DNA of 63,827 nt, the filler included, from Chiloscyllium plagiosum (lineage: Eukaryota): NCBI RefSeq assembly GCF_004010195.1. It is 3 parts of one record of this genome, joined end to end, with 100 filler letters (N's around TTAATTAATTAA, not from the genome) between each part and the next. Parts side by side here need not be neighbours in the genome. Positions count along the whole stretch, not along the records: positions 1 to 20,525 come from NC_057717.1; 2 more parts are not named here. The stretch is one strand, 5' to 3'. Positions 1-12,654 of the stretch are shown in pieces. The translations under genes were made by a program, and so were the position numbers. Position 1 is the first letter of the stretch, and each line of letters begins with the position of its first letter. The notes beneath the pieces are model-generated. The model had not been told where the DNA came from and ran no database searches. It saw nothing but the letters and a program-made list of their open reading frames with translations.

Positions 1-457
1 CGCTGTAGTGGTTGGTATATTGTGTCCAGGTCGATGTGTTTGTTGATGGAGTTTGTGGATGAATGCCATGCCTCTAGGAGTTCCCTGGCTGTTCTCTGTC
101 TGGCTTGCCCTATGATAGTAGTGTTGTCCCAGTCGAATTCATGTTGCATGAATTCGACTGGGACAACACTACTATCATAGGGCAAGCCAGACAGACAACA
201 GCCAGGGAATTCCTAGAGGATTGGCATTCATCCACAAACTCCATCAACAAACACATAGACCTGGACCCAATATACCAACCACTACAGCGGACAGCTGAAA
301 CTGACAACCGGAAGCGGCAGAGACAGACCACAAGAAACACCGGAGGAAACATCAAAGAAGCGCTTCGCAGGAGGCTCCCAAGCACTGATGATGTCGCCTA
401 GCCAGGGGACGAAACGTTTGCAACAAAAACTTCCAGCTCGGCGAACAGAACTACAAC
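1..457 (+). mobile_element. Penelope-like element 3' end (GIY-YIG C-terminus + pLTR) with 5' fold-back inversion
   Basis: ORF 105-401 contains HEFDWDNTTIIGQARQTTAREFLEDWHS..INKHIDLDPIYQPL, typical of a PLE endonuclease C-terminus. 1-143 is a near-perfect reverse complement of 147-289 around a TTG loop. Hammerhead motif at 382-421. Confidence 0.85.
382..421 (+). ncRNA. Minimal type I hammerhead ribozyme motif (intact core)
   Basis: gca-CTGATGA-t-gtcgcct(agcc)aggggac-GAAAC-GTT-tgc: CUGANGA and GAAA boxes, stem II with one mismatch, stem I gca/tgc, palindromic stem III AACGTT. Confidence 0.75.
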
Positions 458-1299
458 ATTCACGTAATCTCCTATGGGACTGCGCTTTAATCCCACGAAA
501 TGTTTAATAATGGTCATGGAGCTACGGTTATTAAAATGCGTTAAATTTGTCTTGGATAGGCCCTCATGCAGACAAAGCAACTTCGCTGAATTGGCTCTAC
601 ATTTGCTCCTTGCAACACTGAAGTTTAATTAAAATACTCGCCACTATCTCCAAGATATGGTTGAGAAAAATCACAGTCGTCATCAGACATCACATGATGT
701 TTCCACGACTATTACCACGCGTGGAACAGCAGATACACAGGAACACCTGCCTCTGCATCTCCTCTTTGCATCGCTCTGCACCAGATTGATGATTTATCAA
801 AGTTCCTTCGCTGGGAAGAATTCTGGAATAGTAGTGTGAGTTTACCGGCAGCACAAAGAGAGCAGCAGTTCATTTTTTTTTCCCACCAGGGCATTTATGG
901 ACAACTAACAAAAGACTGAATGAGCCAGGAAATTACACATTACTGATTCGTTTTTGTAAGATATGTGGCAACTACAGGGGAAAGCTTCTCTCAGCAGATT
1001 AGCGGTTAATTTTGTGTCGTGTCATTGCCTATTCGAACAATGCAGTCAGTACAGGCAGATTGAATTGAGACCGATTAATCCCATACAACAGGCATAATCT
1101 TTTCCTAAATAACTTTTCTTGACAAACAGTTAGAACAGACTAGTCTACTCCTTTTCCTGCGATGCAATAGCTTTCAGGAGCTGCTTGTCATTCTTCAATT
1201 TCTGTGTAACAGGATCAAAGATAAAATGGTTGTCCAGACCTTTTTTGTGTGACTATTAAGTAATTAAGTAGTTTCCTTATTTCTCCCTGTTGCAGTCCA

Positions 1300-3650
1300 A
1301 ATACAGTTCAGCAATGTCCTCACTTGACTTTACTTCATGTTTGTGTGAACTAATGATCTCTACTAATTTACAACATATCAGAAGTACTGAGCGATCTCCT
1401 TCCATTTGTGTACTAATTATCGTGCCTGCTCTGTCATTTCCGTTTCTGAAAAAACAATGCCACCTTGAAAGCTTCTTGAAACGTGTCAAGTATTTAGATC
1501 AGATGTGTTCTATAAACAGTACGACATTTTATGCATGTGCTTGGATATTCTCAAATTCCCTTTCAGTTATTGGTCCTACGGAATCAATTAAAATCCTTGT
1601 TAACGCTTTCTGAAATGCAGAAACGGGTATTGAAATGCTGTTTTGTTAATTGGTGCTTCAGATTATCCAATTGCCTGATACGTTTGACAAATCTCGCAAA
1701 AAGTAGACACCTCTTTAGGCAATCAGAAAATGCGTTTCTGTATTAGCATGAGTTTTTCTCTTCCTGGTAATTCATGTGCTCCCTAACATATGCCCTTTTT
1801 TGTGAACCACTGGCAATACATCTTTCTGAACTTCTGCCCATCTCTCATCCACATACCATGATATCTTTTGTTAAGATATATTTTGTTAAGATGGTCGCAC
1901 TCCGAAATACATATAGTTTCTCCTTCTTTGTACGCATTTGGGTACAATTTTTTTCAGTTTTCGGTCATTTGTTGTAAATTAGTTATTTTTTCTGAATCAT
2001 AAATATCCTCTTTGTCCTCCATCTGCTCATGAATTATCTCAAACATTCCATCAAACACGATTGCAAACAATTCTACTTTAACGTTTTTATCTTTATTCTT
2101 TGATTTCTCATCTTTTTTCCACTGGTGATATTTTGACCTGGTTATCACATAGTCAGGAAAAATCACATGATATACCTCCTGTAATATCTCGGAGTTAGAG
2201 AATTCTGCTTCTCCACTGGGTTTTGACCACAGAAGATATACCTGTGGCCCAGCTATACACGAATTGTACTCCAGGAGCCCAGAGTTTCTCCAGTGCTCTT
2301 ACCCATAATTCTCTACGTTTCATTTGACCCTCCAACTTGATTGCTAATATGGAGCATTTATCGGATCACTATGAATTCCACGTACTAGCTCTTTTTGCAG
2401 CAATATTATGTCTGCGTTATATGTCTCTTCATCCGTCAATAATCAAGATTGCTCTGATCCCGTATCTCTGATTACTATACTTTCTTTAGGTGTCGTTCCC
2501 GGTCTATGCGAGGAAATCTTACTTTCGCAAGTAAATGTTTGAGGAAGAACTGCCACTTGCTTCTCAAATAAAATCCGACCTGGACATACATTCTGGTCCA
2601 GCATTTTAGCAGCCATTGTGACTTAATTTGCAATTTTAACAAAATTCCCTGCTTTATGCTGTTTGCCGATATCATCTTCCCACTGCATTTACTAAACCAC
2701 CAACACTGTGAACTCATGGAGCCTATTTTGTTTGCAGTAAAAACACCTCCGCCTTTCAAGTTATATTCCCCTTTCATGGATTTTCGTTTTACCCTGTGGT
2801 AAACTTTCTTTATTAACTTCAATATAGTCTCGTTTGCCCTTACCACCTAAGGATTGCTCTTGAACATCATTCTAATCTCACATGAATTGAAATTGATGCC
2901 AGCAGCTAAATTTGATTTCTTCAAACTCAGTATAGGTTTAAAAAGTGTCCATTCCTAGTTTCCTGAAACGTTGTCTGTGATCTTCGGGTAGAACGTCATA
3001 TGCACTTAAATATGGCTTCCTTCACCTCGTCACATCACCAGCTACCTCTTCTGATAGTGATGCTGATACGCAACGAGCTCTACTTACCAAATTTATTTGG
3101 TTCAATGAAACCCCTAATCGTGAGTGGCCACTCAATTTGTTGAGCTTGTTTCTGGAATGAAATGAAAAAGGCTTCGACAATCTTCTCATCAAATGTATAT
3201 ACTGCTTGGATACATTTGAATCGACGTCCAACAGGCTTTTTGGTACGATGACTTTGCTCATCATCTCTTACTTCCTAACTAAACGTATCTTTCAACTTTA
3301 CCTTCATCCATTTACGTCAACTTTCCTTTCTACGTGACAAATTGTGAAGACCAAACTCAATCTCTTACCCCCCATTCTTTCTCTCTCTGTTCTCTTTCTT
3401 CTGTGAGGGCACGCCTCTCCTCTTCTTTTCTTTTCCTGTTTGAGTGACTCGGTCCTTTTATCTTTTCCTGTGCCTTCAACTTTATTCGAACTATTTCAGT
3501 TCGGTTACTGTTCAAGCTGCCTCATATCCAATTGAATTCTAGTCAATTCCAAAGGTTCCAGCAAAATTAAATTTTGGGTTTTTGCTGTAATTAGCTCTCA
3601 TTTTCTCACAGAGGAAGGCATACACAACTCCCCTTTGTCTCTCCATTCCA
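1300..3650 (-). mobile_element. Degenerate Gypsy LTR retrotransposon (Gmr1-like): gag-(protease)-integrase
   Basis: Minus-strand fragments QINLVSRARCVSASLSEEVAGD and SAYDVLPEDHRQRFRKL (gag, ~2960-3100), KEVSTFCEICQTYQAIG (integrase Zn finger, ~1700) and ALTRILIDSVGP (integrase core start, ~1590). Many stops and frameshifts. Confidence 0.75.
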
Positions 3651-4395
3651 GTCTGCCAGTTGCAATATCTTTAACTTTATCTTCAAGTTCTGAAAAATCA
3701 CGAAATCATTTCATTCGTACCGCCCCCACTCCCCGCCAGAAAGATTTCACTGACTGAAAGGGTAATTCGGACGCAAGGCACTCTTTTAACTCCGCGAATT
3801 GAATACACACACACCAAAACAGACCAGCACCTACCACTCACCTTTGAGTTCAACTACTCTAAAATCAAATTGGGATTATCAAAAGATTGCAACAAAACCA
3901 CTAAAGTGCAATGGGCCAGGCTTGACCCCGTCAAAGTATTTTCAGAAGGTGTCCCTGACTATTTTTTATAGAAAGGTTGAGGTGAAGTGGGAGTTCCCAA
4001 TCTGATACGAGTCGTAAAAGCACTCGACTTTAAGAGGAAATAGTCTTTTAAGCACAGTATTGAAGCCCAAATAAAAAGGAAAACGGAATTTTGAAACAGA
4101 AAACTGCAGAAAGACTACCCAAGTCCGTTCCAACAGCTATTAGCAATTTACTGTTCCAATACTTTAACAGCCCATAATCATGCGCATTGAAAAAAATAAA
4201 TTTCAAACACAGACTCTTACCGACTGAAGGAAACAACTGCAAAGGCAGAACCTGGAGAAGAAACTCTGAATAATCTTTTAATTACGTTTGTAACTTCCCT
4301 GCACTCCACCATCTTGTGTCTGTTGCAGCTAAAACAAAGTCGAAAAAAGAAAGACGTAAAAGGAGAGAACTGGCCAGTCCACTTACATTGTTAAA

Positions 4396-4472
4396 CTGAA
4401 AGCTAATGCATCCAAATAAAACTGTTGGACTATAACCTGGTGTTGTTGCCAACAGAACGCCTCCAAATCATG
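4396..4472 (+). mobile_element. Truncated PLE pLTR fragment (same family as 12661/13570/41318 pieces)
   Basis: gaaagctaatgcatccaaataaaactgttggactataacctggtgttg matches the segment just downstream of the hammerhead in the other copies. Confidence 0.6.
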
Positions 4473-5783
4473 AATAAATTCGACACTGTGGCACCTCTGC
4501 CTTTATGACCTCTTTCCGAAAACAAGACANNNNNNNNNNNNNNNNNNNNNNNNNNNNNNNNNNNNNNNNNNNNNNNNNNNNNNNNNNNNNNNNNNNNNNN
4601 NNNNNNNNNNNNNNNNNNNNNNNNNNNNNNNNNNNNNNNNNNNNNNNNNNNNNNNNNNNNNNNNNNNNNNNNNNNNNNNNNNNNNNNNNNNNNNNNNNNN
4701 NNNNNNNNNNNNNNNNNNNNNNNNNNNNNNNNNNNNNNNNNNNNNNNNNNNNNNNNNNNNNNNNNNNNNNNNNNNNNNNNNNNNNNNNNNNNNNNNNNNN
4801 NNNNNNNNNNNNNNNNNNNNNNNNNNNNNNNNNNNNNNNNNNNNNNNNNNNNNNNNNNNNNNNNNNNNNNNNNNNNNNNNNNNNNNNNNNNNNNNNNNNN
4901 NNNNNNNNNNNNNNNNNNNNNNNNNNNNNNNNNNNNNNNNNNNNNNNNNNNNNNNNNNNNNNNNNNNNNNNNNNNNNNNNNNNNNNNNNNNNNNNNNNNN
5001 NNNNNNNNNNNNNNNNNNNNNNNNNNNNNNNNNNNNNNNNNNNNNNNNNNNNNNNNNNNNNNNNNNNNNNNNNNNNNNNNNNNNNNNNNNNNNNNNNNNN
5101 NNNNNNNNNNNNNNNNNNNNNNNNNNNNNNNNNNNNNNNNNNNNNNNNNNNNNNNNNNNNNNNNNGGTATTGATATTTAATTCCACCCGCATATTCTCTA
5201 TCATTAGATGGTTGATTGAAGAGCGTAGAAACTATGTGTGTTTTCAGGAAGGAATATTGATATTCCTTCAGTGCTCTGGGTCCACTCCCAGGCCTTCAGG
5301 TGAGCGATAGCAATTGTCCAACTGGTCTGGAAAAGAGGATGGCAATTATCACATGTGATGCATGAAAACAAAATTTCCAATATGGTAAGTATATCCCTTC
5401 GTGTTCAATTTCAGAAATTGACAAATGTTGGAATTTGATGAGCTACAATATACGTAAGATTTCAGCTATTGGCAGCTAGGAAGAGCAGAGTACAATTGAT
5501 AAAGGTGTTAATAACACAACGAAATCAGGAGGCAGTGTTATTTTTCACAAAATACATCGGTTTAATTCTGAAATTATTTGATGCACATTATATCTTGCGT
5601 CCAATGCATAGAGAGGACAACGAAAGTGAGGTCGAGAATGCTAGGGCCAGATCTTATTTTGGTTTCGTTGTATTCCGCGAAATAAAAACATTCAAAATGA
5701 ACGTAACTAATGCAAGTGATGATTTGACGTAATCGACTCACTGGAGGTCTGAGGTGTGCATAAATACAGGTTACTATTTTCAT

Positions 5784-5913
5784 ATGTTGGTCATACGGCA
5801 GCCAGAGAACGTCAGCACCCAGAACAGTTATTCATTTTCAGAATTGAGAAAACCACCGGTTTTAGTGTTGAAAGAGATTTACTATCCACTTCTTGCAGCT
5901 GTTTGTCTTCCAG
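5784..5913 (+). pseudogene. Exon 1 of GPR139/GPR142-like class A GPCR (start uncertain: ATG 5784 or TTG 5844)
   Basis: Encodes ..RKPPVLVLKEIYYPLLAAVCLP (first half of TM1) and ends CCAG|GCAAGT. A phase-1 join to the acceptor at 7101 gives LP-A-NMVTVLII. Confidence 0.7.
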
Positions 5914-6081
5914 GCAAGTCATTGATCTTGTTTGTTTGTGGTTGATTTTACTTTATCCCTGTAAGCGTAGAAAACTCTACATTTTCCGCTGTCAATGTTC
6001 ACAGAAGATTATTAAACTAGTGTCTGAACACTTTCGGATTCTCCATTTTATATGGAAGCATATAGTATCATATATGGAAGC

Positions 6082-6875
6082 ATATGATACGAAAGTCGGA
6101 GGAGTTGTAGACAGTGAGAAAGGATGTGGCAGGTTACAGCGGGATATAGATAAGCTGCAGAACTGGGCAGAAAGGTGGCAAATGGAGTTCAATGTAGCTA
6201 AGTGTGAGGTGATTCACTTTGGTAAGAGTAACAAAAAAGATGGGGTACTGGGCTAATGGACGGATACTTGGTAGTGTGGATGAGCAGAAGGATCTTGGTG
6301 TCCATGTACACAGATCTCTGAAAGTTGCCACCCAAGTAAATAGTGCGGTGAAGAAGGCATATGCCGTACTGGCTTTTATTGGTAGAGGAATTAAGTTACG
6401 GAGTCCTGAGGTCATGTTGCAGTTATATAAGACTCTGGTGCGGCCGCATCTGGAATACTGTGTGCAGTTTTGGTCGCCATACTATAGGAAGGATGTGGAG
6501 GCACTGGAACGGGTGCAGAGGAGGTTTACCAGGATGTTGCCTGGTATGGAAGGAAAATCGTATGAGGAAAGACTGAGGCACTTGGGGCTGTTTTCACTAG
6601 AGAAAAGAAGGTTTAGGGGTGACTTGATTGAGGTGTACAAGATGATTAGGGGGTTAGATAGGGACTTCTTTACTCAGCGAGTCGTGAGTTCATGGAATGC
6701 CCTGCCAGTAGCAGTGGTGGACTCTCCCTCATTATGGGCATTTAAGCGGGCATTGGATAGGCATATGGAGGAGAGTGGGCTAGTGTAGGTTAGGTGGGCT
6801 TGGATCGGCGCAACATCGAGGGCCGAAGGGCCTGTACTGTGCTGTATTCTTCTATGTTCTATATTCTATGTTCTA
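6082..6875 (+). mobile_element. Young 5'-truncated CR1 LINE in the GPCR intron
   Basis: DTKVGGVVDSE..WQMEFNVAKCEVIHFG, LYKTLVRPHLEYCVQFWSP and a (TTCTATG)n tail. Highly similar to 38500-39376 but with a ~100-bp deletion near 6664. Confidence 0.95.
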
Positions 6876-7101
6876 ATTGCCTCCAAAGTGGCGCATGCAA
6901 AGAGTCGTGTTATTCTTTAGACAGTCTGATAATATCAAACAAAATGATGACTACAGCAGTACATTAAACATTTGCATATATTTCATATTTTGTAAATCAC
7001 TCAGAATGTGTTCACATTCTCTTCATAAATATCTTCACCTTTATTTCAATCACACATTGCAACATTACCGACTCTGTATCTTGTATCCCTTTCTATTACA
7101 G

Positions 7102-8052
7102 CGAACATGGTGACTGTTTTAATTATCATACGAGGAAACTGTGGTCTTTCAAAATGCATCACCACTTATATAGCGGCCATGGCAACATCGGATCTATTGA
7201 TTGTTATCAATAATGTGGTAGCATATCGCATTTTCAGTTATCACTTTCCATTTTCCTTCTTCTCCTTTACGCCTGCTTGCAAGCTTATTCTATACATGAC
7301 TGTCATCAGTCTCGACTTAACTGTTTGGTTCACAGTGTCCTTCACATTCGATAGATTTGTGATGATCTGCTGCCAGAGATTTAAAACTCTAGATTGTACG
7401 GAAAGAACTGCATTCTTAATTAGAGGTATTAATAATCATTTCGGTCTTGACCTTATCAAAGAATATTCCAGTTTTGTTTGCATATGAGCCAGAGCAAATC
7501 ATTCATAAAATCCAGTGGGGCTGCCGATCAAGTGTAAATTTCTTGACTTCATCTGCAGGGTTGGGGTTTGTCTGGTTTTATAGCGCCTGGATTGGTTGGC
7601 TTCCACTTCTCCTAATTTTCACGTTTAATTCTTTAACCATCCGCCATATTGTGATGGCGAATAGAACTCGCATTAGACTCCGTGGTCACAGAAATACGAA
7701 TGAATGCAATGCGGAGATGGAGAACCGGAGGAAGTCCATTGTTTTATTATTCTCCGTATCTGTCAGTTTCATGTTGCTTTGGTTGACATATTCTACTACT
7801 TTAGTCATTACCAGGCTGTCAAACCCTAATTATTACAGAGGTGACTTTAACGACTCTGAATACATCGCAACTGAAACAGGAAATATCCTCAAGTTGTTGA
7901 GTTGTTTCCTGAATCCCTGTATTTATGCCACAACTCAGAAAAAAATTAGAGAAGAACTGAAGAAAGCAATGGCATCGCTATTGAAACAATGTCTCAGATT
8001 AGTTATAAAAAATGGAGACAAGAAAAATATATTTTACGGAATCTCTTTGTAG
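7102..8052 (+). pseudogene. Exon 2 of GPR139/GPR142-like class A GPCR, frameshifted near 7412-7425
   Basis: Acceptor ttctattacag|. Motifs AMATSDLL (TM2), FTFDRF (DRY-like), ENRRKSIVLLF (TM6) and NPCIY (NPxxY) are split across ORFs 7107-7487 and 7447-8052 in different frames. Confidence 0.85.
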
Positions 8053-9832
8053 CTGAGGTTAGATTTCACCCTCCTTTCCGCAATGGAACTCCCTTAATTT
8101 CCCGCGTTGTTAAAATGATTTGCACAGTTATTCCTTAGATTTTAAATCAGAAATTTGATGCGTGCTAATTTCTGTTTCGTAGGATTTTTGTTTGAGATAT
8201 TCAAATTACAGATCCACTGAAAGTGACATCTTCAAACTCAGGTGTCAATGTTCTGAAACATCTCTTGAGTAGTGATACTTTACACAAAAATACCTGAATA
8301 TAAAATGGATACCGTGAGCAAATATGTCAGTTTAAAATCATACTCATGTTTGTTGATGTCAGTAGAAATAATCAAAGATATCATTGCTCCAAATTGGAAA
8401 CTGGCCATTTTTGTGTGAATTTTGTAAAAAAAGAGAATTGATGTTCTGACAAACCTGCACGTAACGCCATTGTCGACAACATCAATCAGGGAAAAAGAAA
8501 CAAAGGATACGTTCATTCTTGCGGTCATACCTACTGTATGGTACGGACAGGAGCATTAATTCATTCAACAGAGGGAGTAGTTAATTTCTGCCAATCAGCC
8601 TACTATGTACACAGGAATGGTGCCTAAAACACTCCGTGATAAGTACACGAACGGAATGGAGATTCAGAGAGATATCGAAAATAAGAGCGATCATCCATCT
8701 CAAGACTGCTTTTTCTCGTATTCTCCCCTTGCTCACGCATCTCCGACGCCCTCAGAAATATGCATTGCTATTTCTCTAATATGTTTAATGAAACGAAAAC
8801 AACCGGTTTTTGTGACAGGGAACTCCACAGTCTCTCTTTGAAAACCCTCTCTTCATCGTATTCATAAATATTCCAGCTCATCTTCTGAGATACCGATGAA
8901 TGGCTCCAGTTCGCAGTCGCATTGTGGAAAATGTGTTGGAACATTCTTTTTTGTTTTCAAACATAAAGCAAGATTATCTAATGGAAATCCTAAAAATTCA
9001 TATTTGAGTTAAGGAGATGGATTTTAAATCACTGTCTAAGGCAAATTTAATATCTAACACTTTTTCCTTGCCTGAAATTATATTGTCCTTTGTTGTGGGA
9101 ATACCAAATGTGCTAATGCAGGGTCTTGAGGTGGAGGAAGGGTATTTAGAGTTATTGCCCTTTATCTTTACATGCAGATACAAATGTAAATGAGCGGTTG
9201 CTCTGAGACCATTACAACATGATTACATAAATAACGCATACTGTCAAACAGTCATACAGTGCAGACGCAGAACCGTTCTTCCAACCAATTTTTGCGAACC
9301 ATACTCAAAANNNNNNNNNNNNNNNNNNNNNNNNNNNNNNNNNNNNNNNNNNNNNNNNNNNNNNNNNNNNNNNNNNNNNNNNNNNNNNNNNNNNNNNNNN
9401 NNNNNNNNNNNNNNNNNNNNNNNNNNNNNNNNNNNNNNNNNNNNNNNNNNNNNNNNNNNNNNNNNNNNNNNNNNNNNNNNNNNNNNNNNNNNNNNNNNNN
9501 NNNNNNNNNNNNNNNNNNNNNNNNNNNNNNNNNNNNNNNNNNNNNNNNNNNNNNNNNNNNNNNNNNNNNNNNNNNNNNNNNNNNNNNNNNNNNNNNNNNN
9601 NNNNNNNNNNNNNNNNNNNNNNNNNNNNNNNNNNNNNNNNNNNNNNNNNNNNNNNNNNNNNNNNNNNNNNNNNNNNNNNNNNNNNNNNNNNNNNNNNNNN
9701 NNNNNNNNNNNNNNNNNNNNNNNNNNNNNNNNNNNNNNNNNNNNNNNNNNNNNNNNNNNNNNNNNNNNNNNNNNNNNNNNNNNNNNNNNNNNNNNNNNNN
9801 NNNNNNNNNNAGTGCTAACTGCTGTGCCACCG

Positions 9833-11010
9833 CGAATGAGTTATTTGAAGAAATAACGAAGTGGATTGATGAGGGCAGAGCGGTAGATGAGATCTATATG
9901 GACTTCAGTAAGGCGTTGGACAAAATCCTCCATAAGAGACAGTTTAGCAAGTTTAGATTTCATGGAATAAAAGGAATAACTAGCCGTTTGGATAAGAACT
10001 GTCTCAAAGTTAGAAGACAAAGGGTGGTCGTGGAGGGATGTTTTTCAGACTGGAGGTCTGTGACCAGTGGAGTGCCACAAGGATTGGTGCTGGGTAATCT
10101 ACTTTTTTGTCATTTACATAAATGATTTGGAAGCGAGTATGAGAGGTACATTTAGTAAGTTTGTAGATGACACCAAAATTGGAGGTGTAGTGGACTGCGA
10201 AGAGGGTTACCTCAGATTGCAACAGGATCTTGACCAGATGGGTCAATGGGTTAAGAAGTGGCAGATGGAGTTAAATTTAGATAAATGCGAGGTGCTGTAT
10301 TTTGGGAAAGCAAATCTTAGCAGAACTTACTTGCGGCTGCACAGGACATTGGTTCGGCCACTGCTGGAATATTGTGCGCAATTCTTGTTTCCTTCCTATC
10401 GGAAAGATGCTGTGAAGCTTGAAAGGGTTCAGACAAGATTTAAAATGATGTTGCCAGGGTTGGAGAATTTGAGCTATATGGAGATGCTGAACAGGCTGTA
10501 GATGTTTTCCAAGAAGCGTCAGAGGCTGTGAGATGACCTTCTCGAGGCTTACAAAGTTACGAGGGGCATGGAAAAGATAAATAGACAAATTCTTTTCCCT
10601 GGGATCAGAGAGACCAAATCTAGAGGGCATAGGATTAGGGTGTGGAAGGAAAGATGTTAAAGAGACCTAAGGGACAACTTTTTCACATGGAGGGCGTGAC
10701 GGGTATGGAACGAGCTGCCAGAGGAAGCGTTTGTTATGGGTTTACGAATAGGAGGAGTTTGGAGGGATATTGGCCGGGTGCTGGCATGTGGGACTTGATT
10801 GGGTAAGGGTCAACTTTTTCACATGGAGGGCGTGACGTGTATGGAACGAGCTGCCAGAGGAAGCGTTTGTTATGGGTTTACGAAAAGGAAGAGTTTGGAG
10901 GGATATTGGCCGGGTGCTGGCATGTGGGACTTGATTGGGTTTGGACATCTTGTGGTCATGGATGGATTGGACAGAACGGTCTGTTTCCATGCTGTACATC
11001 TCTATCCCTC
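9833..11010 (+). mobile_element. CR1 LINE (RT to 3' end), degenerate, with internal ~136-bp tandem duplication
   Basis: IYMDFSKALDK, SGVPQG and KFVDDTKIGG motifs. The unit starting at ~10671 repeats at ~10807. Confidence 0.9.
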
Positions 11011-11029
11011 TTTGACATTATCTCGTGTT

Positions 11030-11840
11030 ATCACATCGTTCCTGTCGTGTAGTTACCGGAACTGCACACAGTCCCAGCCTGATGAACGCTGTGTAAAATT
11101 CGAAAAATACCTCCTTTCTCTTATACACAATTGATGAAGTTAAACGTGGACTACGCCTCATTAACGATCATAATGACGTCCTCTGCTGACTTCAGGAAAC
11201 TGTAATTGATTACCCACATATCCCTGTATTCATCCAAGCTTCCCAGCGTCCTGCCTTTCATTAAAATCTACTCCGTCTTTACATCCTTAACAGGCTTTTA
11301 AACTATCTGCGATTGGCCCACCAATCTGATCAATTCTTCCAACCTATGCTTCATATTTTCGCACATGACAAAATATTACGTGGTGTTATTTACAGTGAAG
11401 ATTATTTCAATGCCTGGAATGTTGAATTTGGTTGCGTCAAGCTCTCTGAAGGTCAACAGGATGACAGGTGAAATTATACTCATTTATAAAGTCATGGGGA
11501 TTATGCTAAAGTTGCGTAACTCAGGTCTTCTACCTGAGAGTACAAATCCTGAGTGCATACGTTTAGCGTGAGAGGAGGAAGAACTAAGATGGAAATGAAG
11601 TAACGTTTTCACCCAAATTGTGATGCATGCACAGAATAAATTGCCTGGGGAAGTATTGGAGGCGGGTACAATTCCGACATTTGATAGTCATCTTGATGAC
11701 TTTCATGAATAGGAGACGCTTACAGAGATATGGCCAAATTCTGGTAAATGGAAGGAGATCAGATTCGAATATCTGGTCTGCATGGCCACGTTGAGGCAAA
11801 GATGTATTTCCTGTCATTTAAAGGCAATGAGTCTATGACG
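11030..11840. mobile_element. Two old CR1 fragments (minus ~11030-11340, plus ~11450-11840)
   Basis: Degraded similarity to the CR1 3' regions elsewhere in the window. Confidence 0.55.
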
Positions 11841-11911
11841 GATTGACTGTCATAACCTGTCCTTCTGGTAGCCTCAGTGTATCTATTAATTTGAACTTAT
11901 CACACGCTGAA

Positions 11912-11978
11912 ATTGCTGTGCTCTTCCAGCACCACTGATCCAGAATCTGGTTTCCAGCATCTGCAGTCAATGTTTTTA
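11912..11978 (+). mobile_element. 67-bp PLE 3'-terminal micro-insertion
   Basis: ttccagcaccac..tccagcatctgcagtc terminus shared with 28750-28813. Flanked by direct repeat acacgctgaa (11902-11911, 11979-11988). Confidence 0.65.
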
Positions 11979-12654
11979 ACACGCTGAATAAAGTCGGACT
12001 TCAGAATGAAATCCACTTGGAGATTCAAAATTTATTTCAGATCATCGTTTTATGCCTGGATTGCTATTTAAACATATTAGCCAAATGCTGCAAATGCACG
12101 TTTCATTAAATGAAAAAAAAACAAAGATTCTTTTAATGTAAACGAAAACAAAGCTAGCAACCATGCATCGTCAGTGAACAATTACTGGAGCAATTTAGTG
12201 TGAACATCAGAAAGGAAAATATCATGTATTTGTTCAATTGATAGACTTACAGAAACTCAGAGGCCATGAAGATTTCTCCATATCGATGTGTTAAGTATCA
12301 GTGATATCTCGCAAGTCTGCAATCCACCTCCTTTCAGGAATTTCACGTGTTACCATTCGTTGCTATCTAATTCAGGAAATATCTCTCCCACTTATTAAAA
12401 CAACTTCACACTCAGATCAATCTCACTGAACATGGCCCAGAAATGAAAATTCAGCTCCATGTTCCGCCACTGTCAAACCATTTCATCAAACATCCGAAGA
12501 TTAAATATTGAAACTACATGAAAGAAGAAAAAACAAGGAGAGCTTTAACTCTCCGCTGAAACATGTCAGATGTGAAATTCTGTGGACACCCGTCCGAATT
12601 TTCACCTTTGCTATGTTGAGCTGAGTATACAATATCAGTCCAATTGTTAAGCTT

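Noticed and set aside
460..1300. Continuation of the Gypsy pol (RT/RNase H)
   Set aside because: No diagnostic motifs could be read, so it is left unassigned.
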